A stretch of 64,000 nucleotides of DNA from Oceanicaulis sp. (GCA_028280165.1 JANQMI010000214.1:132-64131); one strand, 5' to 3'. Numbered from the stretch's first letter, positions 37,631 to 48,079 are shown. Numbers and translations: made by a program. The notes: generated by a model from the letters alone, not told the origin.

Positions 37631-40600
37631 ATGTTAAAGAAGCTCGCTTACGGCGCTTCCATTGCCACGCTTGCTGCGCTGGCTCCGGTTGCCGCCGTCT
37701 ACGCTCAGTCCACCACCGCGTCTCTGCGCGGTACAGTTGTTGACGCGTCCGGCACTCCGGTGTCTGACGCTTCGGTGACCATCCTGCACGTCCCGACCGG
37801 GTCTGTGTCGGTGACCACCACCTCTGCAAACGGTTCGTTCTTCGAAAGCGGCCTGCGTCCGGGTGGTCCTTATACCATCACCGTGACCGCTTCTGGTCAG
37901 GAGCCTCAGCGCGCTGAAGGCGTCCGTCTGTCCACCGGTCAGGTCAACTCCTTTAATGCGACCCTGAACGCTGCAGCGACTTCTGACGTCATCACCGTGG
38001 TCGGCACGGCCATCCAGTCCGAGCTTGGCCTGAATGGCGGCGTCGGTACCGTGTTCGACGCTGCTGACCTCGCCGGTCAGCCGTCCATCCAACGCGACGT
38101 GATTTCCTCGCTCCTGGCCGATCCGTTCGTGACCACCACGACCTTCTCCGGCCGTGGCCGCTCGAATGGTGTGGTCTCGGTTGCTGGTCAGGCCCCACGC
38201 TTCAACGGCTTCGTGATCGACGGCCTGGCACAAGGCAACGACTTTGGTCTCGACCAGGGCCTCTTCCCGACCCTGCGTCAGCCGATCTCCATCGACTGGG
38301 TCGAGGAAGCTTCTGTTCAGGCGTCTGACTACTCGGTTCTGTCCGGCGGCTTTACGGGCGGCCTGGTGAACCTGGTGACCAAGTCCGGTACCAATGAATT
38401 TGACGGCGGTGCGTACTACTATTTCCGTGACCAGAGCTTCGTGGGCGAGAATGCCTTCGGCGGCACTGTGTCCAACGACGACTTCCAGGAAGACGAATAC
38501 GGCTTCTTCGTCGGCGGCCCGATCATCGAAGACCGTCTGTTCTTCTTCGCGGGTTATGAGTCGGTGACGAACTCCCGTCCGCTGAACTTCGACTTCAACG
38601 GCGCGCAGCCGCAGATCTTCGACATCATCCGCGACATCACCCAGAACACGTATAATTACGATCCTGGTTCGAAGTCCGACACCTCGGTGGACGAAGAGTC
38701 CGAATCCACGCTGATCAAGCTGGACTGGGACATCAACGCCGACCACCGCTTCACGGTGTCCTGGCAGTCCTCTGAGGACAGCCTGCTGACCAACACCGGC
38801 ACCTTCCGCTTCCCGACCGGCTACTATGTGCTGTCGTCGGAACAGGACGTCTACCGTGCCGAGCTGGTGTCCGACTGGACGGATAACTTCTCCACGACCT
38901 TCCGCGTGGCTCGCAAAGAATATGTCCGTGGCCAGGATTCGCTGGGCGATACGTCTGCCACCGGTACTTCCTTCGGTGAATTCATCATCGAAGTTGACCC
39001 GTCCGACGCTTACTTCGCGGCCAACGGCCTTGATGGCAATGCGCTGCTGGGTAATGACGACCGCGAATTCTCGCTGGGCCCGGACCAGTTCCGTCACCAC
39101 AACGCGTTCGAAGACGAGCGTACCGTGTTCTACGGTCAGGGTGACTATATCTGGGGCGATCACGTGATCACCTTTGGCGGTCAGTGGGAGCAGTATGAGC
39201 TGTTCAACATCTTCGGCCAGCGTTCGCGCGGTCTGTTCGAGTTCAGCTCGCTGACTAACTATGTGAACCAGGTCGCTGATGTGTCCTACATCAACGCCCA
39301 GTCCAACGTTTCTGACGATGTGGCTGCTGAGTGGGGCTACGACCAGCTGACCCTGTTCGTGCAGGACTCCTGGCAGGTGCGTCCGGACCTGAACCTCACC
39401 TATGGCGTCCGCTATGACCGCGTGTATCAGGATGATGTGCCGCCGGCTCCGGAACTGGTGCCGAGCGGGTCGAACACCCAGCTCCTGCCGTTTGAAACCG
39501 TTTACGGCTTCTCTGGCACTGACAATCTGGACGGCGTCGACCTGATCCAGCCACGCTTTGGCTTCGTCTACACCCCGCTGGACCGCTTGACGCTGTCCGG
39601 TGGTATCGGCCTGTACTCGGGTGGTAACCCGCAAGTCTGGGCGTCGAACAACTTCACCCCGGCCACCTTCTTCTCCAGCGAAGACGATGTTGCTGGCGTG
39701 ACGGGTGCAGTTCCGACCGGCATTCTGACGGACGTGTCGCAGGGTGTGACCCTGGGTGGCGCGAACCAGAATATCGACGTGTTCGCACCGGGCTTCGACA
39801 TGCCGAACGTGATGCGCGCCTCGCTGCGTGCGGACTATGAGCTGAACCTCGAGCGCTGGGGTCTGGGCGACGGCTACTTCGTCTCCGCCTCGGTCCTGCA
39901 CTCCGATCGTCGTGAAGCTCTGATCTGGCGTAACCTGGCGTTTGATCGTCCGGACCTTGGCTTCTCGCGCGGTGTGGCACCGGACGGTCGTCCGATCTAC
40001 CCGGACCTGGGCGACATTCCGCAGCTGTCTGACGCTCGCAACACTGACAATGACGAGAACACCAACGGTTCTGAGTTCCGCCTACCGGACGCATTTGTCA
40101 TCGACACCACGGAAGGTGGGACCGCCACGTCCTACGCACTTCAGGTTGCCAAGCAGTATGACGCTGGCCTGGGCTTCCGCTTCGGTTACACCTACACCGA
40201 TGCTGAAGACCTGCTGGAGTACACCTCGTCGCGTGCCGTTTCGGCATGGCGCGGTATCGTCGGCACCGACCGGAACAACCCGACCGTGGCGACGTCTTCG
40301 AATGAAATCCAGCACAAGTTCACCGTGAGCCTGAACTATGAGCGGGAATTCTTCGCGGACCTGACCTCACGCTTCAACGTGTTCGGCCTGATCCAATCTG
40401 GCCAGCCGTTCAGCTATGGCTTCAACGTATCCGGCGGTAACCCGATCTTCGGTCGTGCCCTGGGTGGTTCGCCGCGTGACGGTGCGGATCTGCTTTACGT
40501 GCCGCTGGCAGGTGGTGACCCAGCTGTTGAATTCGCATCGGCTGCTGATGAAGCTGCGTTCAACAACTTCATCCAGCAAGAAGGCCTGGGCAAATTCCGT

Positions 40601-41005
40601 GGCACCTTTGTGCCGCGTAACTACGGTCGTTCGCCTTGGACCCAGCGTTGGGACTTCCGCTTCACTCAGGACCTGCCGGGTATCCCGGGTGCTGAAGAGT
40701 ATGTTGGCGACAACCGCTTCCAGTTCGTCCTGGACGTGGAGAACTTCGCAAACCTGCTCAACGACGAGTGGGGCACCCAGTACGGTCGTTCCGGTAGCTT
40801 TGGTCGCGTGAATGTGGCCAACGTGTCCCTGCGCGAACTGGCTGGCGGCGAAGTCCTCAGCGACAACGAGCCGGGCGAGTTCTGTAAGGCCGCGACGGAC
40901 TGCCGTTACATCTACTCGGGCATCTCCAGCCCGACGCAGATTGACCGTCAGGACCGGAACAACTCGGTCTGGCGCATCCGCATGGGTCTGCGTTACGAAT
41001 TCTAA
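37631..41005 (+). CDS. Oar-like TonB-dependent receptor with N-terminal carboxypeptidase-regulatory-like domain
   Basis: Signal peptide; LRGTVVDASG...GLRPGGPYTITVT; FVIDG...NDFGL; TKSGTNEFDG; C-terminal RMGLRYEF; strongly biased codons. Confidence 0.93.
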   Translation: MLKKLAYGASIATLAALAPVAAVYAQSTTASLRGTVVDASGTPVSDASVTILHVPTGSVSVTTTSANGSFFESGLRPGGPYTITVTASGQEPQRAEGVRLSTGQVNSFNATLNAAATSDVITVVGTAIQSELGLNGGVGTVFDAADLAGQPSIQRDVISSLLADPFVTTTTFSGRGRSNGVVSVAGQAPRFNGFVIDGLAQGNDFGLDQGLFPTLRQPISIDWVEEASVQASDYSVLSGGFTGGLVNLVTKSGTNEFDGGAYYYFRDQSFVGENAFGGTVSNDDFQEDEYGFFVGGPIIEDRLFFFAGYESVTNSRPLNFDFNGAQPQIFDIIRDITQNTYNYDPGSKSDTSVDEESESTLIKLDWDINADHRFTVSWQSSEDSLLTNTGTFRFPTGYYVLSSEQDVYRAELVSDWTDNFSTTFRVARKEYVRGQDSLGDTSATGTSFGEFIIEVDPSDAYFAANGLDGNALLGNDDREFSLGPDQFRHHNAFEDERTVFYGQGDYIWGDHVITFGGQWEQYELFNIFGQRSRGLFEFSSLTNYVNQVADVSYINAQSNVSDDVAAEWGYDQLTLFVQDSWQVRPDLNLTYGVRYDRVYQDDVPPAPELVPSGSNTQLLPFETVYGFSGTDNLDGVDLIQPRFGFVYTPLDRLTLSGGIGLYSGGNPQVWASNNFTPATFFSSEDDVAGVTGAVPTGILTDVSQGVTLGGANQNIDVFAPGFDMPNVMRASLRADYELNLERWGLGDGYFVSASVLHSDRREALIWRNLAFDRPDLGFSRGVAPDGRPIYPDLGDIPQLSDARNTDNDENTNGSEFRLPDAFVIDTTEGGTATSYALQVAKQYDAGLGFRFGYTYTDAEDLLEYTSSRAVSAWRGIVGTDRNNPTVATSSNEIQHKFTVSLNYEREFFADLTSRFNVFGLIQSGQPFSYGFNVSGGNPIFGRALGGSPRDGADLLYVPLAGGDPAVEFASAADEAAFNNFIQQEGLGKFRGTFVPRNYGRSPWTQRWDFRFTQDLPGIPGAEEYVGDNRFQFVLDVENFANLLNDEWGTQYGRSGSFGRVNVANVSLRELAGGEVLSDNEPGEFCKAATDCRYIYSGISSPTQIDRQDRNNSVWRIRMGLRYEF

Positions 41006-41043
41006 GAGTTCGCAATACGCAGGCACCATCGGTGCCAAGATTT

Positions 41044-41073
41044 GGGGCGGTGTCGAAAGGCACCGCCCTTTTT
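41044..41073 (+). terminator. Rho-independent terminator
   Basis: gggcggtgtc-gaaa-ggcaccgccc followed by a T run. Confidence 0.85.
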
Positions 41074-41199
41074 CTTTGCCTGTCCTCCTTCGCCTCCGCT
41101 CAGTCGGGCGCGACGATAGCCCCCTAAGCGGTCATCAACCGTTCTAGACCGTCGCTAAGCTTCTGGAGTGTTGTTCTATCGATTTTCCCAACCCACCTT

Positions 41200-41375
41200 C
41201 GTCATCCCGGACTTGATCCGGGACCGAGAGGCCATCGAATGAAAGCACCTGAAGCACTGGGTCCTCGTCTGCGCGGGGATGACGAGAGGAAGGCACCCCG
41301 ACGCCGTAGGCGTCGCAAGGGTGACCGCCCGCCCGCAGCGCGAGCGAGGACCGACAGGACGGACGTCCTGGAGGA
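41200..41375. repeat. CGTC-tagged REP doublet (41200-41284) plus an adjacent palindromic repeat
   Basis: cgtcatcccggacttgatccggga...gcgcggggatgacg, then gggtgaccgcccgcccgcagcgcgagcgagga. Confidence 0.75.
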
Positions 41376-41454
41376 CAGAAGAAATGTCATGAAATTGAGC
41401 ACTCGACGCGCTATCTCACCTTCAATAGCGAGGTGCGAATCTGGGGAGTTCACA

Positions 41455-43050
41455 ATGGGTCGCTCACGTCTAGCCTTACCGTCCCGCCGTCTTGTCCTGG
41501 GTTCAGCCGCTGCTGGGGCCGCACTGGCACTGGGAACAGGCTGCCGTGTGGCTTCGGGCGGCTCAGCACCTGTGTTCCGCAATGATCCCTTCTCGCTGGG
41601 CGTGGCATCAGGTGATCCGGCTTCGGATGGGTTTGTCTTATGGACGCGCCTGGCCCCCAACCCGCTGGATCCGGATGGCGGCATGGCCCCTGAAGCGGTG
41701 GATGTGGCCTGGGAGATCGCCAGTGATGACGCCTTCGTCCAGATTGTGCGGGCTGGCGTGGAGCGGGCGCTGCCAAGCCATGGCCACGCGGTGCACGCCG
41801 AAATCCACGGCCTGGAGGCCGGGCGGGAGTATTTCTATCGATTCCATGTCGGCGGCGTGACCAGTCCGGTCGGCCGCGCTTTGACGACGCCGGCCTATGG
41901 CGCAGGCGTTGATGCCATGAAAATCGCCTGGGCCAGCTGCGCGCACTATGAGCAGGGCTATTTTCACGCCTATCGCGACATGGCTGAGGAGCGGGTCGAT
42001 CTGGTGATCCACACCGGCGATTATATCTATGAGAGCAGCTGGGGTCCGCAGGTCCGCCGTCATGTGACGCCGGAACCCTATACGCTGGCGGATTATCGCC
42101 GCGTGCACGCCAACTACCGGCTCGACCCCGATCTTCAGGCCGCTGCAGCCATCGCGCCCTGGCTGGTGACCTGGGATGATCACGAGGTGGACAATGATTA
42201 TGCCGGCGACATTTCCGAAGAACCGTTTGTCAGCGTTGAGGACTTCCGCGCGCGCCGTCTGGCCGCCTACCAGGCCTATTGGGAAAACATGCCGCTGCGC
42301 CGTCGCTCCATGCTGGAGCGCGCCTCTGGCCGCATGCGCATCTGGGGCCAGACCGTGTTCGGCAATTTGGCTGAAATCAACATGACCGACGGCCGCCAGT
42401 TCAAGACGCCTATGGCCTGTCCGAGCGAGGGAGATCGCGGAGGCCAGGTCATAGACCCGGCAAGCTGCCCTGAGCGGGAGGATGAAACGCGCACCTATCT
42501 GGGCGAGCGCCAGGAAAGCTGGCTGCGTCGCAGCTTTGCACGCTCAGGCGCGAGCTGGAGTTTTATGGTCCAACCCACCCTCTTTAGTCAGTTCTACACC
42601 ACCAACCCCGAAACGGGTCAGCCCACCAGTTGGACGGATGGCTGGGATGGCTATCCGGCCGCGCGCCGCCGGCTGGCCGAAACGATTGCGTCGCGTGAGG
42701 ATGCCGATCCGATCATCTTGGGCGGGGACACCCACTGCTACTGGGTCACTGAGGTGAAGACTGACTATGCCGACCCCGCGAGCCTGTCTGTAGGCTCTGA
42801 ATTCGTCACAACGGCGGTGACGAGCCATCACAGCAATCACGATCTGTTTGCCGCGAATGCGGCCAATTTCGATCACATCAAGCATTTCGATGCCCGTGAG
42901 CGCGGCTATGGCCTGATCAATTTGACCCAGCAGCGCGCTGAAGTGCATTTGCGCACGGTGGGTGAAGTGAAAAGACAGGACGGCTACGCCCCAGCCGATC
43001 AAAAAGTGTACGTGGTCGAACGCGGTGCGCGTCGTCCGATCGAAGCCTAG
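41455..43050 (+). CDS. phoD: Alkaline phosphatase D family, Tat-exported
   Basis: SRRLVLG Tat motif; FSLGVASGDP, VLWTRLAP, HTGDYIYE, TWDDHEVDND, DGWDGY, GGDTH. Start re-chosen after RBS ggggag. Confidence 0.92.
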   Translation: MGRSRLALPSRRLVLGSAAAGAALALGTGCRVASGGSAPVFRNDPFSLGVASGDPASDGFVLWTRLAPNPLDPDGGMAPEAVDVAWEIASDDAFVQIVRAGVERALPSHGHAVHAEIHGLEAGREYFYRFHVGGVTSPVGRALTTPAYGAGVDAMKIAWASCAHYEQGYFHAYRDMAEERVDLVIHTGDYIYESSWGPQVRRHVTPEPYTLADYRRVHANYRLDPDLQAAAAIAPWLVTWDDHEVDNDYAGDISEEPFVSVEDFRARRLAAYQAYWENMPLRRRSMLERASGRMRIWGQTVFGNLAEINMTDGRQFKTPMACPSEGDRGGQVIDPASCPEREDETRTYLGERQESWLRRSFARSGASWSFMVQPTLFSQFYTTNPETGQPTSWTDGWDGYPAARRRLAETIASREDADPIILGGDTHCYWVTEVKTDYADPASLSVGSEFVTTAVTSHHSNHDLFAANAANFDHIKHFDARERGYGLINLTQQRAEVHLRTVGEVKRQDGYAPADQKVYVVERGARRPIEA

Positions 43051-43059
43051 GGGCCAAGC

Positions 43060-43437
43060 TTAGGTCTCGGCGGTTGCGCACGCGCCTTCATGAACGATGC
43101 TGGCACGGTTCGATGCAGCCACACAGGCATTGGGATAGGTCTGGCCATCACAGCCGCAAACGGGGCGATACTCGCGTGTGCAGGCCTGGGGCACGGGGGT
43201 GCACACACCCATCTGGTCGGCGGCCCCGCACATCGTACCAGCCTGCCACTGGCAGAAATTCACGCCCCTATCTTCGCCCTCACACGTCAGCCCCATCATG
43301 CCGCCGCACAGTTCGCCCAGCCCAACGATTGAGCCAATAGGCGGTGGCGTGCTGGGGATTGGCTCAGGCGGCCTTTCAGGTGCGGTGCAGCTTGCGAGCA
43401 CGAGACTGGTGATGAGGATCAGCACTAGGCGCACCAT
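43060..43437 (-). CDS. Lipoprotein with Kazal-type serine protease inhibitor domain
   Basis: Lipobox LASC; CTREYRPVCGCDGQTYPNAC...C plus a preceding Cys-rich module. Confidence 0.85.
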   Translation of the reverse strand: MVRLVLILITSLVLASCTAPERPPEPIPSTPPPIGSIVGLGELCGGMMGLTCEGEDRGVNFCQWQAGTMCGAADQMGVCTPVPQACTREYRPVCGCDGQTYPNACVAASNRASIVHEGACATAET

Positions 43438-43518
43438 GATTTTCGCTCCGATGGTGGTCATCTTCTGCTCAGCACTCTATCACGTCGCCAAACCAATGAG
43501 AGATGAACGAGATCTGCC

Positions 43519-44448
43519 ATGAGCTTGCGCCTAGCCTTTATGGGGACCCCAGACTTTGCGGCCGCCTCCCTGGCCGAAATTGTCGGCGCTGGTCATGAGG
43601 TGGTGGTCGTATACACCCAGCCGCCGCGCCGTCGTGGGCGCGGGCAGTTGGAAACTAAAACTCCGGTTCATCAACTGGCCGAGCAATTCGGCATTCCGGT
43701 CGAAACGCCGGAAAAATTTAACGATGAGGCTGTCTTAGAGCAGTTCGAGGCGCTGGATCTCGATGCGGCCTGTGTTGTGGCCTATGGCCAGATCCTGCCG
43801 CAGCGCGCGCTCGATGCGCCTGAGCTTGGCTGCTTGAATCTGCACGGCTCGCTCTTGCCGCGCTGGCGCGGGGCGGCACCCATCCAGCGCGCCATTATGG
43901 CCGGCGACGAAGTGACCGGAGTTCAGATTATGCAGATGGAGGCCGGTCTTGATACGGGCCCGGTGCTGATGAGCGAAGTGGTGCCGATCGCCGAAACCGA
44001 TACCGCGGGTACGCTGCACGACACGCTGATGAGAATTGGGGCCATGCTTTGGCCGCGCACGCTGGCAGCGCTGGCGCGCGGGTCACTGGGCGCGACGCCC
44101 CAAGCCGAGGAGGGCGTGACTTATGCCCACAAGCTGACCGCGCAGGACCGCCGGATCGATTGGTCGAAACCTGCCAGTGAGGTTGCCGATCAGATTCGCG
44201 GCCTTTCGCCGTTTCCAGGGGCTTACTTTGAAATTCCGGGCGATAAGCCTGTGCGCGTGAAGGTGCATTTCGCGGAGCTGGAAGCCGGGCAGGGTGAGCC
44301 GGGTGAGGTTCTGGATGACCAACTCCTGATCGCCTGCGGGCGAGGCGCGGTGCGCCTCACCCGCTTGCAGCGCGAAGGCAAGGGCGTCATGGACGGCGCA
44401 GATTTCGTGCGTGGCAATGCCGTGCCTGTAGGGATGGTGTTGGGCTAG
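43519..44448 (+). CDS. fmt: Methionyl-tRNA formyltransferase
   Basis: FMGTPDFA, VYTQPPR, VVAYGQIL, NLHGSLLPRWRGAAPIQ, GLDTGP. Confidence 0.96.
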   Translation: MSLRLAFMGTPDFAAASLAEIVGAGHEVVVVYTQPPRRRGRGQLETKTPVHQLAEQFGIPVETPEKFNDEAVLEQFEALDLDAACVVAYGQILPQRALDAPELGCLNLHGSLLPRWRGAAPIQRAIMAGDEVTGVQIMQMEAGLDTGPVLMSEVVPIAETDTAGTLHDTLMRIGAMLWPRTLAALARGSLGATPQAEEGVTYAHKLTAQDRRIDWSKPASEVADQIRGLSPFPGAYFEIPGDKPVRVKVHFAELEAGQGEPGEVLDDQLLIACGRGAVRLTRLQREGKGVMDGADFVRGNAVPVGMVLG

Positions 44449-44678
44449 AGCCTGAAGGTGCTCTTGAGGATGTTCACCAATTCTTTGGCTCGTTCCTCGT
44501 CAAGTTGGATAGTCTGGCTGAGCTTGTTAGGGCGCTCGCGCTTGTCGGAGCCGTAGGTGTTAAGCTGGAGCAGCCGGGCATCCCCGCTTTCTACAACGCC
44601 AAAAGAGCATTCAACATCAGTTGGGTGCCTCTTGGTTGGGACACTCTCCATCGGTACAAAGTACGAAACGACCGCCAT
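44445..44678 (-). CDS. Small (77 aa) lower-GC hypothetical protein, antisense between fmt and truA
   Basis: MAVVSYF...LLQLNTYGSDKRERPNKLSQTIQLDEERAKELVNIL; RBS gggag; GC visibly below the neighbours. Confidence 0.75.
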   Translation of the reverse strand: MAVVSYFVPMESVPTKRHPTDVECSFGVVESGDARLLQLNTYGSDKRERPNKLSQTIQLDEERAKELVNILKSTFRL

Positions 44679-44707
44679 TTTTCTCTCCCAGGAACTCAAC
44701 TCTTAGT

Positions 44708-45463
44708 ATGCCTCGCTACAAGCTCACAGTCGAATATGACGGCCGTCCCTTTGTGGGCTGGCAGCGCCAGGACAATGGTCCGAGCGTCCAGGCGGCGCTG
44801 GATGAGGCAGCACGCAAGCTCGACCCGAAGGCTGGCGACATTTACGGAGCTGGGCGGACCGACTCTGGCGTGCATGCGCTGGGGCAGGTCGCTCATCTCG
44901 ATTTACAAAAGGATTTGCCTGCCGACACGGTGCGCGATGCACTGAACCATCACCTGAAGCCGAACCCGATTGCTGTGGTTGAGGCCGAAGGCGTCAGCGA
45001 TGATTTCCATGCCCGTTTTAGCGCCACCAAGCGCGGCTATATCTACCGCATCATTGCCCGCCGCGCGCCGTTGGCGTTGGACCAAGGCAAAGCCTGGCGC
45101 GTGCCCAAAGCGTTGGACAGCGAAGCGATGCATAGTGCCGCCCAGCACCTGGTGGGCACCCACGACTTTACCACCTTTCGCGATGCCCAGTGCCAGGCCG
45201 AGAGCCCGGTACGGTCCCTGGAGGCGATTTCTGTGTCCAGCCTGCCTGGCGGCGAAATCGAGATCCGGGTCCAGGCGATCAGCTTCTTGCATCGCCAGGT
45301 CCGCTCTATCGTAGGCTCGCTGGTGGAAGTCGGACTGGGTAAGTGGAGCCCGGCGGACTTCAAAGCCGCTCTGGACGCTGCCGACCGCACCCGCTGCGGA
45401 CCCGTAGCCCCGTCCGACGGGCTCTATCTTCATTTCGTCCGCTATCATCACGAGGACAGCTGA
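44708..45463 (+). CDS. truA: tRNA pseudouridine(38-40) synthase
   Basis: EYDGRPFVGWQRQ, GAGRTDSGVHA, FHARFSA, GTHDFTTFR, FLHRQVR. Confidence 0.95.
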   Translation: MPRYKLTVEYDGRPFVGWQRQDNGPSVQAALDEAARKLDPKAGDIYGAGRTDSGVHALGQVAHLDLQKDLPADTVRDALNHHLKPNPIAVVEAEGVSDDFHARFSATKRGYIYRIIARRAPLALDQGKAWRVPKALDSEAMHSAAQHLVGTHDFTTFRDAQCQAESPVRSLEAISVSSLPGGEIEIRVQAISFLHRQVRSIVGSLVEVGLGKWSPADFKAALDAADRTRCGPVAPSDGLYLHFVRYHHEDS

Positions 45464-45508
45464 GCGTTGAGACTTGGCAATTTCGCCAGATCGCTTAAGT
45501 GAGCGGGT

Positions 45509-46096
45509 ATGAATATTAAATCTGTTTGCGTTTATTGCGGAGCCAGCTTCGGCTCCGACCCAATCTACACCGAAGCGGCCAAAGCTATGGGCCGCGCCCT
45601 GGCGGACCGCGGCCTGCGTCTGGTGTATGGCGGCGGTCAGGTGGGCCTGATGGGCGTCGTGGCCGATGCCTGCATCGATGCCGGCGGTCAGGTGACAGGG
45701 GTTATCCCAGACTTTCTCGATAAAAAAGAAATCGCGCACCCGCGCGTGCAGGACATGCATATCGTCACCTCGATGCATGAGCGCAAGTTGATGATGGCTG
45801 ACCAAGCCGATGCCTTCATTGCCATGCCGGGCGGTTTGGGCACGATGGAAGAGCTGTTCGAAGTCTGGACCTGGTCGCAGCTCGGCCGTCATCAGAAGCC
45901 GGTCGCGCTTTTGAACATGAATGGGTATTGGGACAAGCTCACTGCCTTCCTGGATCACATGCGCGATGAAGGCTTCGTCGAAGCCAAGCACCGCGACATG
46001 CTATTGTCCGGCGAAACGCCAGAAGCGGCGCTGGCTGCCCTTGAAGGCTATGAATTCCCCGGGGTGATTGCGAGCCTGGATCGGGCGCAGACATAA
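45509..46096 (+). CDS. LOG family (TIGR00730-type) protein
   Basis: [31 protein letters not shown]. Confidence 0.92.
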   Translation: MNIKSVCVYCGASFGSDPIYTEAAKAMGRALADRGLRLVYGGGQVGLMGVVADACIDAGGQVTGVIPDFLDKKEIAHPRVQDMHIVTSMHERKLMMADQADAFIAMPGGLGTMEELFEVWTWSQLGRHQKPVALLNMNGYWDKLTAFLDHMRDEGFVEAKHRDMLLSGETPEAALAALEGYEFPGVIASLDRAQT

Positions 46097-46152
46097 GGCT
46101 TTAAACGTCAGACGCTTTGCATCCGCGCTTCGGCGTCGTAACAGTCCTGTCC

Positions 46153-47226
46153 ATGAGTATTCAAAACGCCAAACTTGATCAGGTAATTGATCGCTTCGAC
46201 CAGGTCGAAGCGCGGCTTGGAGCTGCGACGCAGTCTGAGGAAATCGTCGCGCTGTCCAAAGAGCATTCCGAGCTGAAGACGGTGGCGGATAAGGCGCGCG
46301 AGCTCAAATCTGCGCGCGCGGATCTGGCTGAGGCTGAAGCCATCATCGCCGAGGGCTCGGACGCTGAGATGGTCGAGCTGGCGACCGAAGAATTGCAAGA
46401 CCTGAAGAAACAGGTGCCCGAGCTGGAGCGCGAGCTGCAGCTCCTGCTCCTTCCGAAAGACAAAGACGACGAAGCGTCGATCATGCTGGAGATACGCGCC
46501 GGCACCGGTGGTGATGAGGCCGCGCTGTTCGCGGGTGACCTGTTTCGCATGTATGAGCGATACGCCTCGAAACATGGCTGGTCGGTTTCGGTGGTCGAGG
46601 CCAGCGAGGCCGAGGTCGGCGGGTATAAGGAAATCGTCGCCAGTGTGTCCGGAAAGGGCGTATTTGGTCAGATGAAGTTTGAATCCGGTGTGCACCGGGT
46701 CCAACGCGTTCCCGTGACTGAAAGCGGGGGTCGAATTCATACGTCCGCGGCCACGGTGGCCGTGCTGCCTGAACCAGAAGACGTCGATATCGAGATTCGT
46801 GACGAAGATATCCGCATCGATACTATGCGCGCCTCGGGTGCCGGCGGGCAGCACGTCAACAAGACCGAATCGGCGGTGCGAATGACCCACCTGCCGACAG
46901 GCATCATGGTCGTGAGCTCTGAGAAGTCTCAGCATCAGAACCGCGCGATTGCCATGCAGGTGCTCAAGGCCCGTCTTTACGAGAAGGAACGCGCGGAGAA
47001 GGATGCGGCGCGTGCTGCGGAACGCAAAGGACAGGTGGGCTCTGGCGACCGATCCGAGCGCATTCGCACCTATAATTTCCCGCAAGGCCGGGTCAGTGAT
47101 CACCGCATCAATCTAACCCTGTATAAGCTCGACGAAATCTTGGCCGGTGAGGGGCTGGATGAAGTGATCGAAGCCCTGCTGGCTGAAGATCAGGCCGCAA
47201 AGCTTGCTGCCATGGAAGACGCCTAA
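46153..47226 (+). CDS. prfA: Peptide chain release factor 1
   Basis: [19 protein letters not shown] (PxT), [19 protein letters not shown]. Confidence 0.96.
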   Translation: MSIQNAKLDQVIDRFDQVEARLGAATQSEEIVALSKEHSELKTVADKARELKSARADLAEAEAIIAEGSDAEMVELATEELQDLKKQVPELERELQLLLLPKDKDDEASIMLEIRAGTGGDEAALFAGDLFRMYERYASKHGWSVSVVEASEAEVGGYKEIVASVSGKGVFGQMKFESGVHRVQRVPVTESGGRIHTSAATVAVLPEPEDVDIEIRDEDIRIDTMRASGAGGQHVNKTESAVRMTHLPTGIMVVSSEKSQHQNRAIAMQVLKARLYEKERAEKDAARAAERKGQVGSGDRSERIRTYNFPQGRVSDHRINLTLYKLDEILAGEGLDEVIEALLAEDQAAKLAAMEDA

Positions 47227-47230
47227 GGCG

Positions 47231-48079
47231 ATGACGCGGACAGAGGCCTTGCGCGCCGCCGTGGCGCGGCTTCTGGAAGCCGGGCTCGAAGACAGGGCCG
47301 CTGATGATACACGCCTTATGCTGGAGCACAGCTCAGATCTGTCGCGCGCGGGGCTGATTTCGAATATGGATAGGCCTCAGCCCGCCGACGAAGCCCAACA
47401 CTTCGAGGCGCTTATCGATCGGCGAGCGCGCCGTGAGCCCCTGTCTCACATCCTGGGTAAGGTTGGCTTCTGGACGCTGGAGCTTGAGGTTGGGCCAGAG
47501 GTGCTCACGCCTCGCGCCGATACTGAAACCGTCGTTGAGGCTGCGCTCGCCGCTGTCCAAGACCGCCAGGCCCCTCTTCGGATCCTGGACATCGGCACAG
47601 GGTCTGGCGCGATTGCGCTAGCGCTCTTAAGCGAGCTACCTAACGCCATCGCCGTCGCCACTGATCTGTCGCAAAAAGCGCTGGATATCGCGTCTGTAAA
47701 CGCGGTCCGCAACGGGTTGGGCGAGCAGTGCATACTCGTCCGGACCCGCTGGGCGGATGGGGTCGATCCAGGCTATGATCTGGTCATGTCCAATCCGCCC
47801 TATATCGCCAGTGCCGTGATCGACACGCTGGACCCAGAAGTCCGCGACTTTGAACCCCGTCTGGCCCTTGATGGCGGGGCTGACGGATTGGCTCCATACC
47901 CCCATCTGATTGCTGAGGCACAACGCCTGTTAAAGCCCGGCGGGACGGCTGTGTTCGAGATTGGATATGACCAGGGCGCGGCGGTTTTGAGCCTGGCGCA
48001 GGCCGCAGGGGCGCGCGTTCAGCTGCGCCAGGATTTGGCGGGCCGAGACCGCGCCGTGGTCTGTCGCTTCATGCCTTGA
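47231..48079 (+). CDS. prmC: Release factor glutamine methyltransferase
   Basis: REPLSHILG, PRADTE, LDIGTGSG, SNPPY, ALDGGADGL; follows prfA. Confidence 0.94.
   Translation: MTRTEALRAAVARLLEAGLEDRAADDTRLMLEHSSDLSRAGLISNMDRPQPADEAQHFEALIDRRARREPLSHILGKVGFWTLELEVGPEVLTPRADTETVVEAALAAVQDRQAPLRILDIGTGSGAIALALLSELPNAIAVATDLSQKALDIASVNAVRNGLGEQCILVRTRWADGVDPGYDLVMSNPPYIASAVIDTLDPEVRDFEPRLALDGGADGLAPYPHLIAEAQRLLKPGGTAVFEIGYDQGAAVLSLAQAAGARVQLRQDLAGRDRAVVCRFMP

Noticed and set aside
37634-39901. 755-aa antisense ORF over the TBDR, and similar long shadows at 44903-45991, 46108-47103 and 31406-32380
   Set aside because: These are opposite-strand shadows of highly codon-biased GC-rich genes, with no RBS or domain motifs.
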